In this document: positions 16,725 to 24,899 of the stretch, in pieces
Position numbering within the stretch: position 1 is the first letter of the stretch
How the letters are laid out: every line of letters starts with the position of its first letter
IMG/VR virus record: IMGVR_UViG_3300048599_000216
Location: 1 to 37,200 of that record
Reading direction: 5' to 3' (one strand)
DNA: 37,200 bases
Origin: a virus
Lineage: Duplodnaviria; Caudoviricetes
Notes under the pieces: generated by a model
What the model was told of the DNA's origin: nothing
Seen by the model: the letters and a program-made list of their open reading frames with translations, nothing else
The model's database searches: none
Translations under genes and position numbers: made by a program

Positions 16725-17958
16725 CACGGCGCAGCGTGACCCGGCCGTCGCCGGTGTGCTGAAGCGCCCGTTTGCCGAACAGGTCGCGTTCTTCCGCGGC
16801 AAGCTCGGCAACCTGGTGCCGACGCAGCGCTGGACCGACATGCTGCGCGAGCAGCACGACCGCGCCTTTATGGTGGCCGGCGCTCAATCCGCCGACTTGC
16901 TGGCGGGGCTCGCTGCCGCGGTTGATCGCGCGATTACCGAAGGCAAGAGCATCGACGCATTCCGCAAGGACTTCGCCGCGCTCGTCGAAAAATCCGGCTG
17001 GGACTACACCGGCGGTTTCGACTGGCGTACCCGCACGATCTACCGCACCAACCTGATCACCAGCTACGCCGCTGGCCGACAGGCGCAGCTACGCGATGGC
17101 AAGTTCCCCTATCGGATGTACAAGCACGGCGACCCTCAGACGCCGCGCCTGCAGCACGAGCGCTGGGACGGTCTCGTGCTGCCCGCAGATCATCCGTTCT
17201 GGATTCGACACTCGGCGCCGAACGGTTGGGGCTGCACATGCCGCACCATCGGATTGCGGTCACCGGAAGATGCCCGGCGGCTTGGCGGCGATCCATCGAA
17301 GGCGCTGCCGGACGATTGGGACGCTGTCGATCCGAAGACAGGTGCGCCGGTCGGAATCGACAAAGGCTGGGACTACACGCCCGGCGATACCGTCAGCGAT
17401 ACCGTGGCGCAGATGGCGGCCAAGGCGCAGCAATGGGATGACGCGCTGGCGAAGGCATACATGCAGGGCGTGCCGGACAGTCAGCGCGATGCACTGGCCA
17501 CGGCCTACCGATCGTTGCCTTCGGTCGCGGACGACGCGCGGCTCTACGCACAGAAGATCCTCGAAGGGCGCACGCATCTGGACATTCCGCCGCATCGCAC
17601 GCTCGGTCTCACTACATCCGACCAGGCGAGCGCCATTCGCGAAGCGCTGGGTATCAATGTGGCTAGCTTCGACTGGTCGCTCGATCAGCGTGCCGTCAAG
17701 GAACTCGGCAACGCGCAGGCCGACACGGCCACTGGCCAACGCGCCATCACGCCGCGCGACTACGTGCGACTACCACAGCTCCTCAACGGCGTGGATGGTC
17801 TCTCGATCGAAAGCGGCCTGGTTCACGTCGAGAAGGTGTTCGGCGAGGAGCGGCACGTTGCCGTGTTCGCGCCGCTAAGCAATCGCCGCACGCTGGCGCT
17901 GAAGTCGTTGACCGTCTACCGCGAGAGCAGCAAGCGCCCGACCCCCGGAAAACCATGA
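16717..17958 (+). CDS. MuF (gp30-like) head morphogenesis protein with C-terminal extension
   Basis: PFAEQVAFFR.K, RAFMVAGA, TIYRTNL..SY.AGR, PNGWGCTC, GIDKGWDY.PG; about 190 extra C-terminal residues. Confidence 0.92.
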   Translation: MASTAQRDPAVAGVLKRPFAEQVAFFRGKLGNLVPTQRWTDMLREQHDRAFMVAGAQSADLLAGLAAAVDRAITEGKSIDAFRKDFAALVEKSGWDYTGGFDWRTRTIYRTNLITSYAAGRQAQLRDGKFPYRMYKHGDPQTPRLQHERWDGLVLPADHPFWIRHSAPNGWGCTCRTIGLRSPEDARRLGGDPSKALPDDWDAVDPKTGAPVGIDKGWDYTPGDTVSDTVAQMAAKAQQWDDALAKAYMQGVPDSQRDALATAYRSLPSVADDARLYAQKILEGRTHLDIPPHRTLGLTTSDQASAIREALGINVASFDWSLDQRAVKELGNAQADTATGQRAITPRDYVRLPQLLNGVDGLSIESGLVHVEKVFGEERHVAVFAPLSNRRTLALKSLTVYRESSKRPTPGKP

Positions 17959-18494
17959 TCACCGAAAAGATCGAAGTCGACGACGACGATGTCCGATCGC
18001 TGTTTGCGCGACTGCGTGCTGCGGCAACGGACCTGACGCCGCTGATGCAAGACCTCGGCGAGTATCTGACCGAATCCACCAAGCAGCGATTCGCAACGTC
18101 GATTGGTCCCAGTGGTCGCGCATGGGCGCCGAACGCGCAAAGCACGTACGTACGCCTGGCGAGCAAGCACAAGAGTTCCAGCGGCGCAGACGGGCGTATC
18201 AACAAAGCCGGCGCGGCTCGCGTGATGGGTAAGAAGCCGCTGATCGGCGAAACCAAATCCCTGGTCGGCACGCTCTTCTATCGCGCCTGGCCCGGCTTCG
18301 TGGACATTGGCAGCCCGATGGAATATGCCGGTGTGCAGCAGCGCGGCGCGAAGAAGCACAGTTTCTCCGGTGGCAAGACACCGTGGGCTGACATCCCGGC
18401 ACGTCCGTTCCTCGGTATCAGCGACGAGGACGCGCAGGCGATCGTTGAACTCGGCGAGCAACATCTACGCGACGCCGCTGTTCGTCCGAAATGA
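17955..18494 (+). CDS. Mu gpG-like virion morphogenesis protein
   Basis: TPLMQDLGEYL..ST.QRF...P.G..W, YAGVQQ.G, IPARPFLGIS. Confidence 0.92.
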   Translation: MITEKIEVDDDDVRSLFARLRAAATDLTPLMQDLGEYLTESTKQRFATSIGPSGRAWAPNAQSTYVRLASKHKSSSGADGRINKAGAARVMGKKPLIGETKSLVGTLFYRAWPGFVDIGSPMEYAGVQQRGAKKHSFSGGKTPWADIPARPFLGISDEDAQAIVELGEQHLRDAAVRPK

Positions 18495-18684
18495 GGTATT
18501 TTCCCGCGGCCGCCTGTGCGGCCGTGTCGGCGTTTTGAGGCGCTATCCGCGACGCTGATACCTGCTGAGGGGCGATCCGCGCTGAAACCCCGCGTGTCAC
18601 GCGCGGAATGCGGCATCACGATTCCCGTCTACGCGTTTCGTCGCTGCAAGGACTCCGCGCTCACGTAGCGCCCGCGAGAAAAGT

Positions 18685-18728
18685 TCGGAACCGGGGCCGA
18701 TTACCCGCGACGCCCCGATGCGGACCAT
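18685..18728 (+). promoter_or_regulatory. Putative activator-dependent late promoter for the head/tail operon
   Basis: TCGGAACCGGGGCCGAT-N17-TGCGGACCAT; same motif and spacing as 11522. Confidence 0.75.
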
Positions 18729-18736
18729 GCACCGAC

Positions 18737-19879
18737 ATGGACGCCGCCACCACCACCGACATCGAAATCTTCCGCGCCGGTCAGCACATCGACATGCACG
18801 GCCGCACGTGGAATATCACGCGTGCCGATTTGGCCGCTATCGCGAGCGGCTATGACCCGGCCAAGCACGAAGCGCCGCATGTCATCGGTCACCCGGAAAT
18901 CGCCGCTCCGGCGGGTGCCTGGGTGAAAGCACTGAGTGTGGACGGCGACAGCCTCATCGCCAAGACGCACCAGATCGACCCAGCCTTCGCCGACATCGTC
19001 AACTCGGGCCGCTACAAGAAGCGCAGCTCGTCGTTCTTGCTGCCCAACTCTCCGGGCAACCCCACGCCGGGCCAGTACTACCTCAACCATGTCGGCTGGC
19101 TCGGCGCGACGCCGCCTGCCGTAAAGGGATTGCGCGACGCGCAATTCGCCGCCGCCGATCAGTGCGTCGAATTCGCCAGCGATCGGCGCTGGGGCTTCCG
19201 CGACGTGGCCAGCATGTTCCGCCGCCTGCGCGACTGGCTCATCGAACGTGACGGCGCTGATGCGGCCGAACTGGTCATTCCGACTTGGCAGATCGACTCG
19301 CTGATCGAAGCCGCGCAGCCCGACGCTGCCCCCGCCGAAACCGCTTCCCTTCCTGGCCCGGCGTTCGCCGCGCCTCACACCGAGGAAACTACCGTGTCCG
19401 AATCTCAGACCGCCGACTTCGCTGCGCGCGAACAGCAGTTGAACCAGCAGGCTGCCAACCTGCAGGCGCGTGAACAGGCCATCGCGGCGCGCGAGCAGGA
19501 ATCGCGCCGTGCCGATGTCGCGGCGTTCGCGACGAGTCTGGTGCAGTCGGGACGGCTGTTGCCGCGCGAAGCGGCGACCGTCACCGAGCTGCTGCTGGTT
19601 CTGCCTGCAGACAAGCCGCTGAGCTTCGCGGCCGGCGACGGCACCACCACGACCGTGCAGCCGGCGCAGGCGTTACGCGAGCTGCTCACGAGTTTGCCGA
19701 AGCGCGTCGACTACACCGAGAAGTCGGCGGTTACCGCTGCGCCGGTCGCGTCCTTCGCCGCGCCGCTGGGCGAAAGCGTCGATGCCTCGCAGCTCGAACT
19801 GCACGCCCGTGCCTCGACTTACCAGAGCCAGCACCCCGGCATGTCCTGGCTGGCTGCCGTCAAAGCCGTCGGCGGCTGA
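18737..19879 (+). CDS. Prohead protease/scaffold (Mu gpI-like)
   Basis: IEIFRAG.H, YDP..HEAP.VIGHP, G.YKKRS.SF, YL.HVGWLGA.PPAVKGL. Confidence 0.92.
   Translation: MDAATTTDIEIFRAGQHIDMHGRTWNITRADLAAIASGYDPAKHEAPHVIGHPEIAAPAGAWVKALSVDGDSLIAKTHQIDPAFADIVNSGRYKKRSSSFLLPNSPGNPTPGQYYLNHVGWLGATPPAVKGLRDAQFAAADQCVEFASDRRWGFRDVASMFRRLRDWLIERDGADAAELVIPTWQIDSLIEAAQPDAAPAETASLPGPAFAAPHTEETTVSESQTADFAAREQQLNQQAANLQAREQAIAAREQESRRADVAAFATSLVQSGRLLPREAATVTELLLVLPADKPLSFAAGDGTTTTVQPAQALRELLTSLPKRVDYTEKSAVTAAPVASFAAPLGESVDASQLELHARASTYQSQHPGMSWLAAVKAVGG
19394..19879 (+). CDS. Probable in-frame internal scaffold protein (Mu gpZ analogue)
   Basis: GAGGA RBS followed by an in-frame GTG at 19394, at the start of the coiled-coil half of gpI. 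Confidence 0.65.
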   Translation: MSESQTADFAAREQQLNQQAANLQAREQAIAAREQESRRADVAAFATSLVQSGRLLPREAATVTELLLVLPADKPLSFAAGDGTTTTVQPAQALRELLTSLPKRVDYTEKSAVTAAPVASFAAPLGESVDASQLELHARASTYQSQHPGMSWLAAVKAVGG

Positions 19880-19903
19880 TCTCGTCACACCCAGGAGCAA
19901 GTC

Positions 19904-20248
19904 ATGACCCAGAAGATTTCCATTTTCTCGCTGGCGATCGTTGCCAGCGCGGCGATCGAAGCCGAGCGTTTTGTCGGCGCCGACGGTGCCTATGCTACGG
20001 CGGCCGGCACCAGTGTCGGTGTTTCGACCACGAAGGCGGCGGCCGTCGGCGAGCGGTTCAACGCCGACGTGCTCGGCACCACGATCGTTACCGCGGGCGG
20101 CGTCATCGCGAAGAACGCCTATCTGCAGGTCGGTGCCAACGGCAAGGCCGTCACGCGCACCGCGGGTGTGTCGGTGGCGCAGGCCCTTCAGGCCGCCGCC
20201 GCCGATGGCGATCGCATCGAAGTGCTGCTGATTCCGAACGCGCCCTGA
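19904..20248 (+). CDS. Capsid cement/decoration protein (DUF2190-like)
   Basis: Small Ala/Gly-rich protein ending ALQAAAADGDRIEVLL, between scaffold and capsid genes. Confidence 0.85.
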   Translation: MTQKISIFSLAIVASAAIEAERFVGADGAYATAAGTSVGVSTTKAAAVGERFNADVLGTTIVTAGGVIAKNAYLQVGANGKAVTRTAGVSVAQALQAAAADGDRIEVLLIPNAP

Positions 20249-20297
20249 CGCACTGCACGTCGCCGCGCACCCGATTGCCCCTTTCGAGAGATTACCC

Positions 20298-21254
20298 ATG
20301 ACTCAGCAGACCGCTGCACAGTCCCGCGTCATCGACCCCATTCTGACCACGCATGCGCGTGGCTACGTGCGCCCCGGCAACGTGGGCCATCACCTCTTTC
20401 CGAGCGCCGAAGTCGGCATCTACGGTGGTCAGATCCTCACCTTCGGCAAGGAAGGTTTTCGTCGCTACAACACCAAGCGCGCGCCGGGTAGCCCGACGAA
20501 ACGCGTGACGTTCGGTTACGACGGCGAGAAATACGCGATCGTCCCGAGCGCGCTCGAAGCGGTCGTGCCGGACGAAACCGCGAACGACGCGCTGAAGGTT
20601 CCGGGTGTCGACCAGGCCGGCGACTCGGTCGATCTGATCCTGGACGTGTTCGCGCTGGAGCATGAATGCGAGTGCGCGGACATTGCACGCAATCCGGCGC
20701 TGTACGACGTCGATCACAAGGTCGCGCTCCTCGGTGCCGACCGCTGGCGCGGCGCCAACGGCGATCCGACCGCGGATGTCACTGCCGGCAAGAACGCGAT
20801 CCGCAAGTCGATCGGCATCCGCCCGAACACGATCCTGATTTCCGATAGCGCGTTCTCGGCGCTGGAGAGCAACGCGAAGATCCAGGCGTACATGGATCAC
20901 CGCAGCATCCCCGCGCTGACGGCGGAAGTCATCGCGAAGATGTGGCAGATCCCGAACGTCGTTATCGGCGAGTCGGTGGTCGCCAGCGGCCAGGCCGACG
21001 ACTTCGGCGACGTATGGGGTCACGACGTGATCCTCGCCTACGTCGCGCCGCCGACGGGCAGCAACCGTCGCAGCAACGCGCGGCCGAGCTACGGCTACAC
21101 CTACACGATCAAGGGCCATCCGAGCGTGCGCGCCCCGTATCGCGACGAGAACCGCGTGTCCTGGGTGTACCCGGTCAGCTGCGATCGCACGCCGGTCCTC
21201 AGCGGCGTCACCGCGGGCTACCTGATCCAGAACGCGGGCGCCGATCCCGCGTAA
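20298..21254 (+). CDS. Major capsid protein
   Basis: RVIDPILT.HARGY, FGKEGF..YNT.RAPG, PSYGYTY motifs; 318 aa; synteny. Confidence 0.9.
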   Translation: MTQQTAAQSRVIDPILTTHARGYVRPGNVGHHLFPSAEVGIYGGQILTFGKEGFRRYNTKRAPGSPTKRVTFGYDGEKYAIVPSALEAVVPDETANDALKVPGVDQAGDSVDLILDVFALEHECECADIARNPALYDVDHKVALLGADRWRGANGDPTADVTAGKNAIRKSIGIRPNTILISDSAFSALESNAKIQAYMDHRSIPALTAEVIAKMWQIPNVVIGESVVASGQADDFGDVWGHDVILAYVAPPTGSNRRSNARPSYGYTYTIKGHPSVRAPYRDENRVSWVYPVSCDRTPVLSGVTAGYLIQNAGADPA

Positions 21255-21341
21255 CGCAAACGCACCCCCGAGAAAGGGAACGACCCCGATGACGCCGTCG
21301 TGACCGCCGGGAGAGACCGGCATTTCTTCAGGAGCCCCGCC

Positions 21342-21611
21342 ATGTCCAAACCCAACGCCGAACTGTTCTATGCGGTGCTGTCGCCGTTCAAGTTCCGCGG
21401 TGCGGTCGTGAAGCCGCCCACGCTGGTGCCGATGAGCGTCGAGGAAGCGCGCCCGTACCAGACCGCTCGCGTGCTCAGTGAGGACGCCGCGGATGCCTTG
21501 CCGCCGGAGCCGATCACCGATGCCCCGCAGACCCCCAAGGCCGAAGCGCCGCCGCCGGCACAGCCGGCTACCAAGGCCGCGTCGGCCGCCAACAAGAAGG
21601 CCGTGAAGTAA
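21342..21611 (+). CDS. Hypothetical head-associated protein with Pro/Ala/Lys tail
   Basis: AGGAG RBS; directly after the capsid gene. Confidence 0.75.
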   Translation: MSKPNAELFYAVLSPFKFRGAVVKPPTLVPMSVEEARPYQTARVLSEDAADALPPEPITDAPQTPKAEAPPPAQPATKAASAANKKAVK

Positions 21612-21835
21612 TGGAAAACCAGCATCGCCAGATTCGCGGCTATCGCGAACTCGACGCCGCCGAGATCGACCTGGTCAACGCGATCAAGGACCGCGGCGCG
21701 GACCTCGGCCTGGTCGTCGAAGCGACCGAAGCGCTGGCCAGCGTCGACAAGCGCGCGCTCGCGATCGCCAAGACGCAGTTGCAGACGGGCCTCATGTGGC
21801 TCGTGCGCAGCGTCACGAAGCCGGAGAGCTTCTAA
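21611..21835 (+). CDS. acb2: Acb2-family cyclic-oligonucleotide sponge (anti-CBASS)
   Basis: MENQHRQIRGYREL...EIDLVNAIK and ALAIAKTQLQTGLMWLVRSVTKPESF match the N- and C-terminal signatures of Acb2 (MDNQH..I.GYR.L...EI..MN.IK ... LAI.KT..QTG.M...RA.A.P.SF). Confidence 0.9.
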   Translation: MENQHRQIRGYRELDAAEIDLVNAIKDRGADLGLVVEATEALASVDKRALAIAKTQLQTGLMWLVRSVTKPESF

Positions 21836-21836
21836 G

Positions 21837-22364
21837 ATGTACTGCACGCTCGCCCAACTGGCTGACGCGAATCTCGCACGCGAGTTCGCTCAGCTCACCA
21901 CGCCCGAACGGTATGCCGTCGTCAGCGACGAACTGTTCGAGGCTGCGTTGCGCGGCGAGGACCTTAGCCGCTTCGACCCCGCCGACGTTGCCGTTGCGGG
22001 GGAAGCCCAGGCGCGCGTCGTCGCAGCGCTCGTCAGTGCCGATGGCGTGATCGAAGGGTATCTGGCGCTGCGCAAGCCGCATCCGTATGCGCTGCCGCTC
22101 AACCCCGTGCCGGGCATCGTCTCGGTGTGGGCTCGGCAGATCGCCCGCTACATGCTCAACAAGGACCGCGTCGGCACGCGGGAAGAATCCGACCCGGTCG
22201 TGCGTGACTACCGCGACGCGATCCGTTTCCTGGAACAAACGCGCGACGGCAAGTTCAGCCTCGGCGCCAATGATCCGCTGCCGCCGCCGAGCGCGGGCGC
22301 ACCGGAGTTCTGTGCGCCGCCGCGTGTGTACACGCAGGAAACCCTGCGGGACTACGGCCAGTGA
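21837..22364 (+). CDS. Head-tail adaptor, Mu gp36-like (DUF1320)
   Basis: MYCT...A...IEGYL..R..YALPL..VP...IARY.L...V.RDYRDAIRFLE...GK.SLG. Confidence 0.92.
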   Translation: MYCTLAQLADANLAREFAQLTTPERYAVVSDELFEAALRGEDLSRFDPADVAVAGEAQARVVAALVSADGVIEGYLALRKPHPYALPLNPVPGIVSVWARQIARYMLNKDRVGTREESDPVVRDYRDAIRFLEQTRDGKFSLGANDPLPPPSAGAPEFCAPPRVYTQETLRDYGQ

Positions 22365-22795
22365 TCGGGCCGTTTCCCCTTGATGGCGTCATTCAGCGCG
22401 CCACCAGCATCGCCGGCCTGCGCCTGGTCGGCAACGCCGCTGATCTGCAAGCCGCGCTGGAAACGCCGCCGAACGCGGTGCCGGCCCTGTATGTGCTGAG
22501 CGAGGAAGCCGGTGACCAGGCGATCGGCGCGACCGGCCTACCGATGCAGAACGTTACCGTCGTCGTGAAGCTCGTGCTCTGGGTGCGAAACGCCGGCGGC
22601 GCGGCACGCGTGGTCGCGGCGATGACCGAGTTCGAGCGCGCCGTGCGCAGCGTCTTTTTCGGCTGGCGACCGAATGCGGAATTCCGCCCGTTCACGATAC
22701 GGGCCAGCGGCGCCGAGCAGGCGTACGGCGACCACATGGTCCGCCAGCTGCTGCTGTCCACCAGCTACCGCCACACCACCGAGGCCACTCCATGA
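22361..22795 (+). CDS. Tail terminator/completion protein (gp37-like)
   Basis: Synteny; PALYV and FFGWRP motifs. Confidence 0.75.
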   Translation: MIGPFPLDGVIQRATSIAGLRLVGNAADLQAALETPPNAVPALYVLSEEAGDQAIGATGLPMQNVTVVVKLVLWVRNAGGAARVVAAMTEFERAVRSVFFGWRPNAEFRPFTIRASGAEQAYGDHMVRQLLLSTSYRHTTEATP

Positions 22796-23001
22796 ACAAG
22801 CCCAACCCGCATGCCTGTACCGCATTCGACATGCCGTTCCCGACGCGCGGCGGCGAGTACGTCAGCACCGGCCGCGACATCGCGCGCGTCAAGCCGGAGC
22901 CGGCCCAGCCGCCCGAGGCGCTCGTGGAACCGTCGAACGCGATCGACACCGAATCCGCCGCGCGTCGCGGCAAGAAGCGCGAGGAGAGCAGCAATGGCTG
23001 A
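22792..23001 (+). CDS. Hypothetical protein (69 aa, PTRGGEY motif)
   Basis: Overlaps both neighbours; typical small gene ahead of a tail tube gene. Confidence 0.7.
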   Translation: MNKPNPHACTAFDMPFPTRGGEYVSTGRDIARVKPEPAQPPEALVEPSNAIDTESAARRGKKREESSNG

Positions 23002-23989
23002 ACCCCAGATCGAGTACTTCACCCAGCGCGGCGTGCTGGTCAAGATGGAAGCCATCGCCAACACCGATCCGATTCTGGACCCGGCGACTGACGGCATCCG
23101 GTTCTACGACGGCGCGGCCGGTACCGAAATCGAGAAGAAGGAGCGCACGCCCGATCGTCCGTTCTGGGGCGGGCGACCGTTCAAGGCGATCAAGAAGCGC
23201 GCCTTTATCGAGGGAACGTTCGATCTGTTCCCGCCGACGACGCCCGGCGCGGCCGGTGCCACGGGCAATGCGTTCTGCGAGCGCATCCTGCTGCCGTCCG
23301 GCTTCGCCATCACGAAGTCGCTGCCCAGCAAGCTCACGCGCTACAACCCGATCAGCCACAACATCCCCGCGGCCTGGTCGCGGTTCCACCAGGGCGGTGA
23401 AGTCCTGAATCTGCAGAGCGCCCGCCACACGCTGAGCGCTGTGCGCATGGCGATCGACGACGGCATGTCCGCCAAGGCGCGCCTGCAGGGCAACTACGAC
23501 ACGATCCTGGAAGGCGTTGCGCCGGAAATCCCGGTCAACGAAACCGAATCGACGGTCGCGACCTGGGACAACTCGGTGGCGTTTCTGAGCACCGTCGATG
23601 GCGACGTGACGGACCTGGAATTGCGCTGCAAGCACCTGGAATGGGATTCCGGTTCCGAGGTCACGTCGTCGATGTTCACGGGTCTGCGCCTCAACGGCCA
23701 CAAGGACCGCACGCCGACGGCCAAGTGCCTGCTGCTGCGGCCGCGCAACGCCGACATCAATCTGACGACCGTCCGCGATGCGAACAGGCTGATCACGATC
23801 CGTTTCCGCACCTACGAGAGCAACACCAAGGTCGGGCTCTACAGCGAGCACGGCGTGCGCATGCAGATCGAAAACATCCAGCGACAGGACATCGACGGCT
23901 ACTACGGCTACGAGATTTCCGGCCCGTGCGTCCCGTCCAGCACGGGCGGCGACGAAGTGTTCATCGCCTTCGGCGACACGACGCCGTAA
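22994..23989 (+). CDS. Major tail tube protein
   Basis: 331 aa, beta-rich, directly upstream of the chaperone and tape measure genes; GAGGAG RBS; no sheath gene. Confidence 0.8.
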   Translation: MAEPQIEYFTQRGVLVKMEAIANTDPILDPATDGIRFYDGAAGTEIEKKERTPDRPFWGGRPFKAIKKRAFIEGTFDLFPPTTPGAAGATGNAFCERILLPSGFAITKSLPSKLTRYNPISHNIPAAWSRFHQGGEVLNLQSARHTLSAVRMAIDDGMSAKARLQGNYDTILEGVAPEIPVNETESTVATWDNSVAFLSTVDGDVTDLELRCKHLEWDSGSEVTSSMFTGLRLNGHKDRTPTAKCLLLRPRNADINLTTVRDANRLITIRFRTYESNTKVGLYSEHGVRMQIENIQRQDIDGYYGYEISGPCVPSSTGGDEVFIAFGDTTP

Positions 23990-24040
23990 CCCTCTTCCCA
24001 CCAACGCACTACGCGGCACCGCCGCATCAGGAGAAAAACC

Positions 24041-24436
24041 GTGTCCGAGAAACTCGACGTCAACCTGCTCGCCACCAGCACCATGACCGCAACCATTCAG
24101 TGCCAGCTCCCCGGTAACGGGGCTGACGTCTGGAAGCCCTTTTCGTTCAAGGCGACGTACAGGGTGCTGGACGAACAGGAGTCCGACGAACTCGACGAGA
24201 AGGGCCTGACGATCGGCGACTACTTACGCGAGGTCGTCATTTCGGTCGAGGGCGTCCCGGCCGGGACCGACCCGAAGACCGGCGAGGAGGTATCGCCGCT
24301 CGAATGCGCCATTCGCAACCGCTTCACGCAGGCGGCGATGTGGGGTGACTACACCGGGCGCTATGGCAAGAACGCGAGCGATGCCGTGATGCGGCACCAG
24401 TCCGGAAAAAACTCGCGGCGATCGCGCAAGTACTAG
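24041..24436 (+). CDS. Tail assembly chaperone (G-like)
   Basis: AGGAG RBS; ends just after a slippery heptamer. Confidence 0.85.
   Translation: MSEKLDVNLLATSTMTATIQCQLPGNGADVWKPFSFKATYRVLDEQESDELDEKGLTIGDYLREVVISVEGVPAGTDPKTGEEVSPLECAIRNRFTQAAMWGDYTGRYGKNASDAVMRHQSGKNSRRSRKY
24406..24412 (+). promoter_or_regulatory. Programmed -1 ribosomal frameshift site A AAA AAC
   Basis: Correctly phased X XXY YYZ heptamer; the -1 frame is open to 24849. Confidence 0.85.
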
Positions 24437-24849
24437 CCGGCGGCGCGATCGACGAGACCGTCGAGCCATGGATTCTCCCGCCGCCGGATGACGGCGGCGA
24501 GGAGGACGAAGAGGACGACGACGAAGGCAATGTTCCGTGGGCCGGTGAAGGCTATGAACGCGTGGAGAAAACGCGGCCTGTCGGCGAGATATGGGTCGGT
24601 GTCCTCCCGGAAAACATCGGCGTCGTGCGCGTGTTTGAGCGCTGCCAGCCGCAGGTCGCTATCGGTATGGGCGTGATCTGGCAGGGCGCCAGCGCGTCGG
24701 AAGTGCGTGCCGCCTGCCTGATGTCCCGCGTGCCGCGCACGGACTGGCCCCGATACCTCGATGGCGTGCAGCTCATGGCGCGTGTGGTGGCTGGCATCCG
24801 CAACGCTGAGGAGGAGAAACACGCGAAGCGGCGCAAGAAGGCGAAGTGA
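24412..24849 (+). CDS. Tail assembly chaperone frameshift extension (GT-like, DUF1799-like)
   Basis: -1 frame LAAIAQVLAGG...DDGGEEDEEDDDEG...VLPENIGVVRVF...VQLMA; ends just before the tape measure gene. Confidence 0.8.
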   Translation, partial: LAAIAQVLAGGAIDETVEPWILPPPDDGGEEDEEDDDEGNVPWAGEGYERVEKTRPVGEIWVGVLPENIGVVRVFERCQPQVAIGMGVIWQGASASEVRAACLMSRVPRTDWPRYLDGVQLMARVVAGIRNAEEEKHAKRRKKAK

Positions 24850-24899
24850 TCGGCGCGCAGTAGCGCGCCGCATACCGCAACTGGAATGGAAGGAACCCT

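Noticed and set aside
18608-18736. Upstream extension of the protease ORF
   Set aside because: Runs through the late-promoter motif; conserved protease sequence begins after Met 18737.
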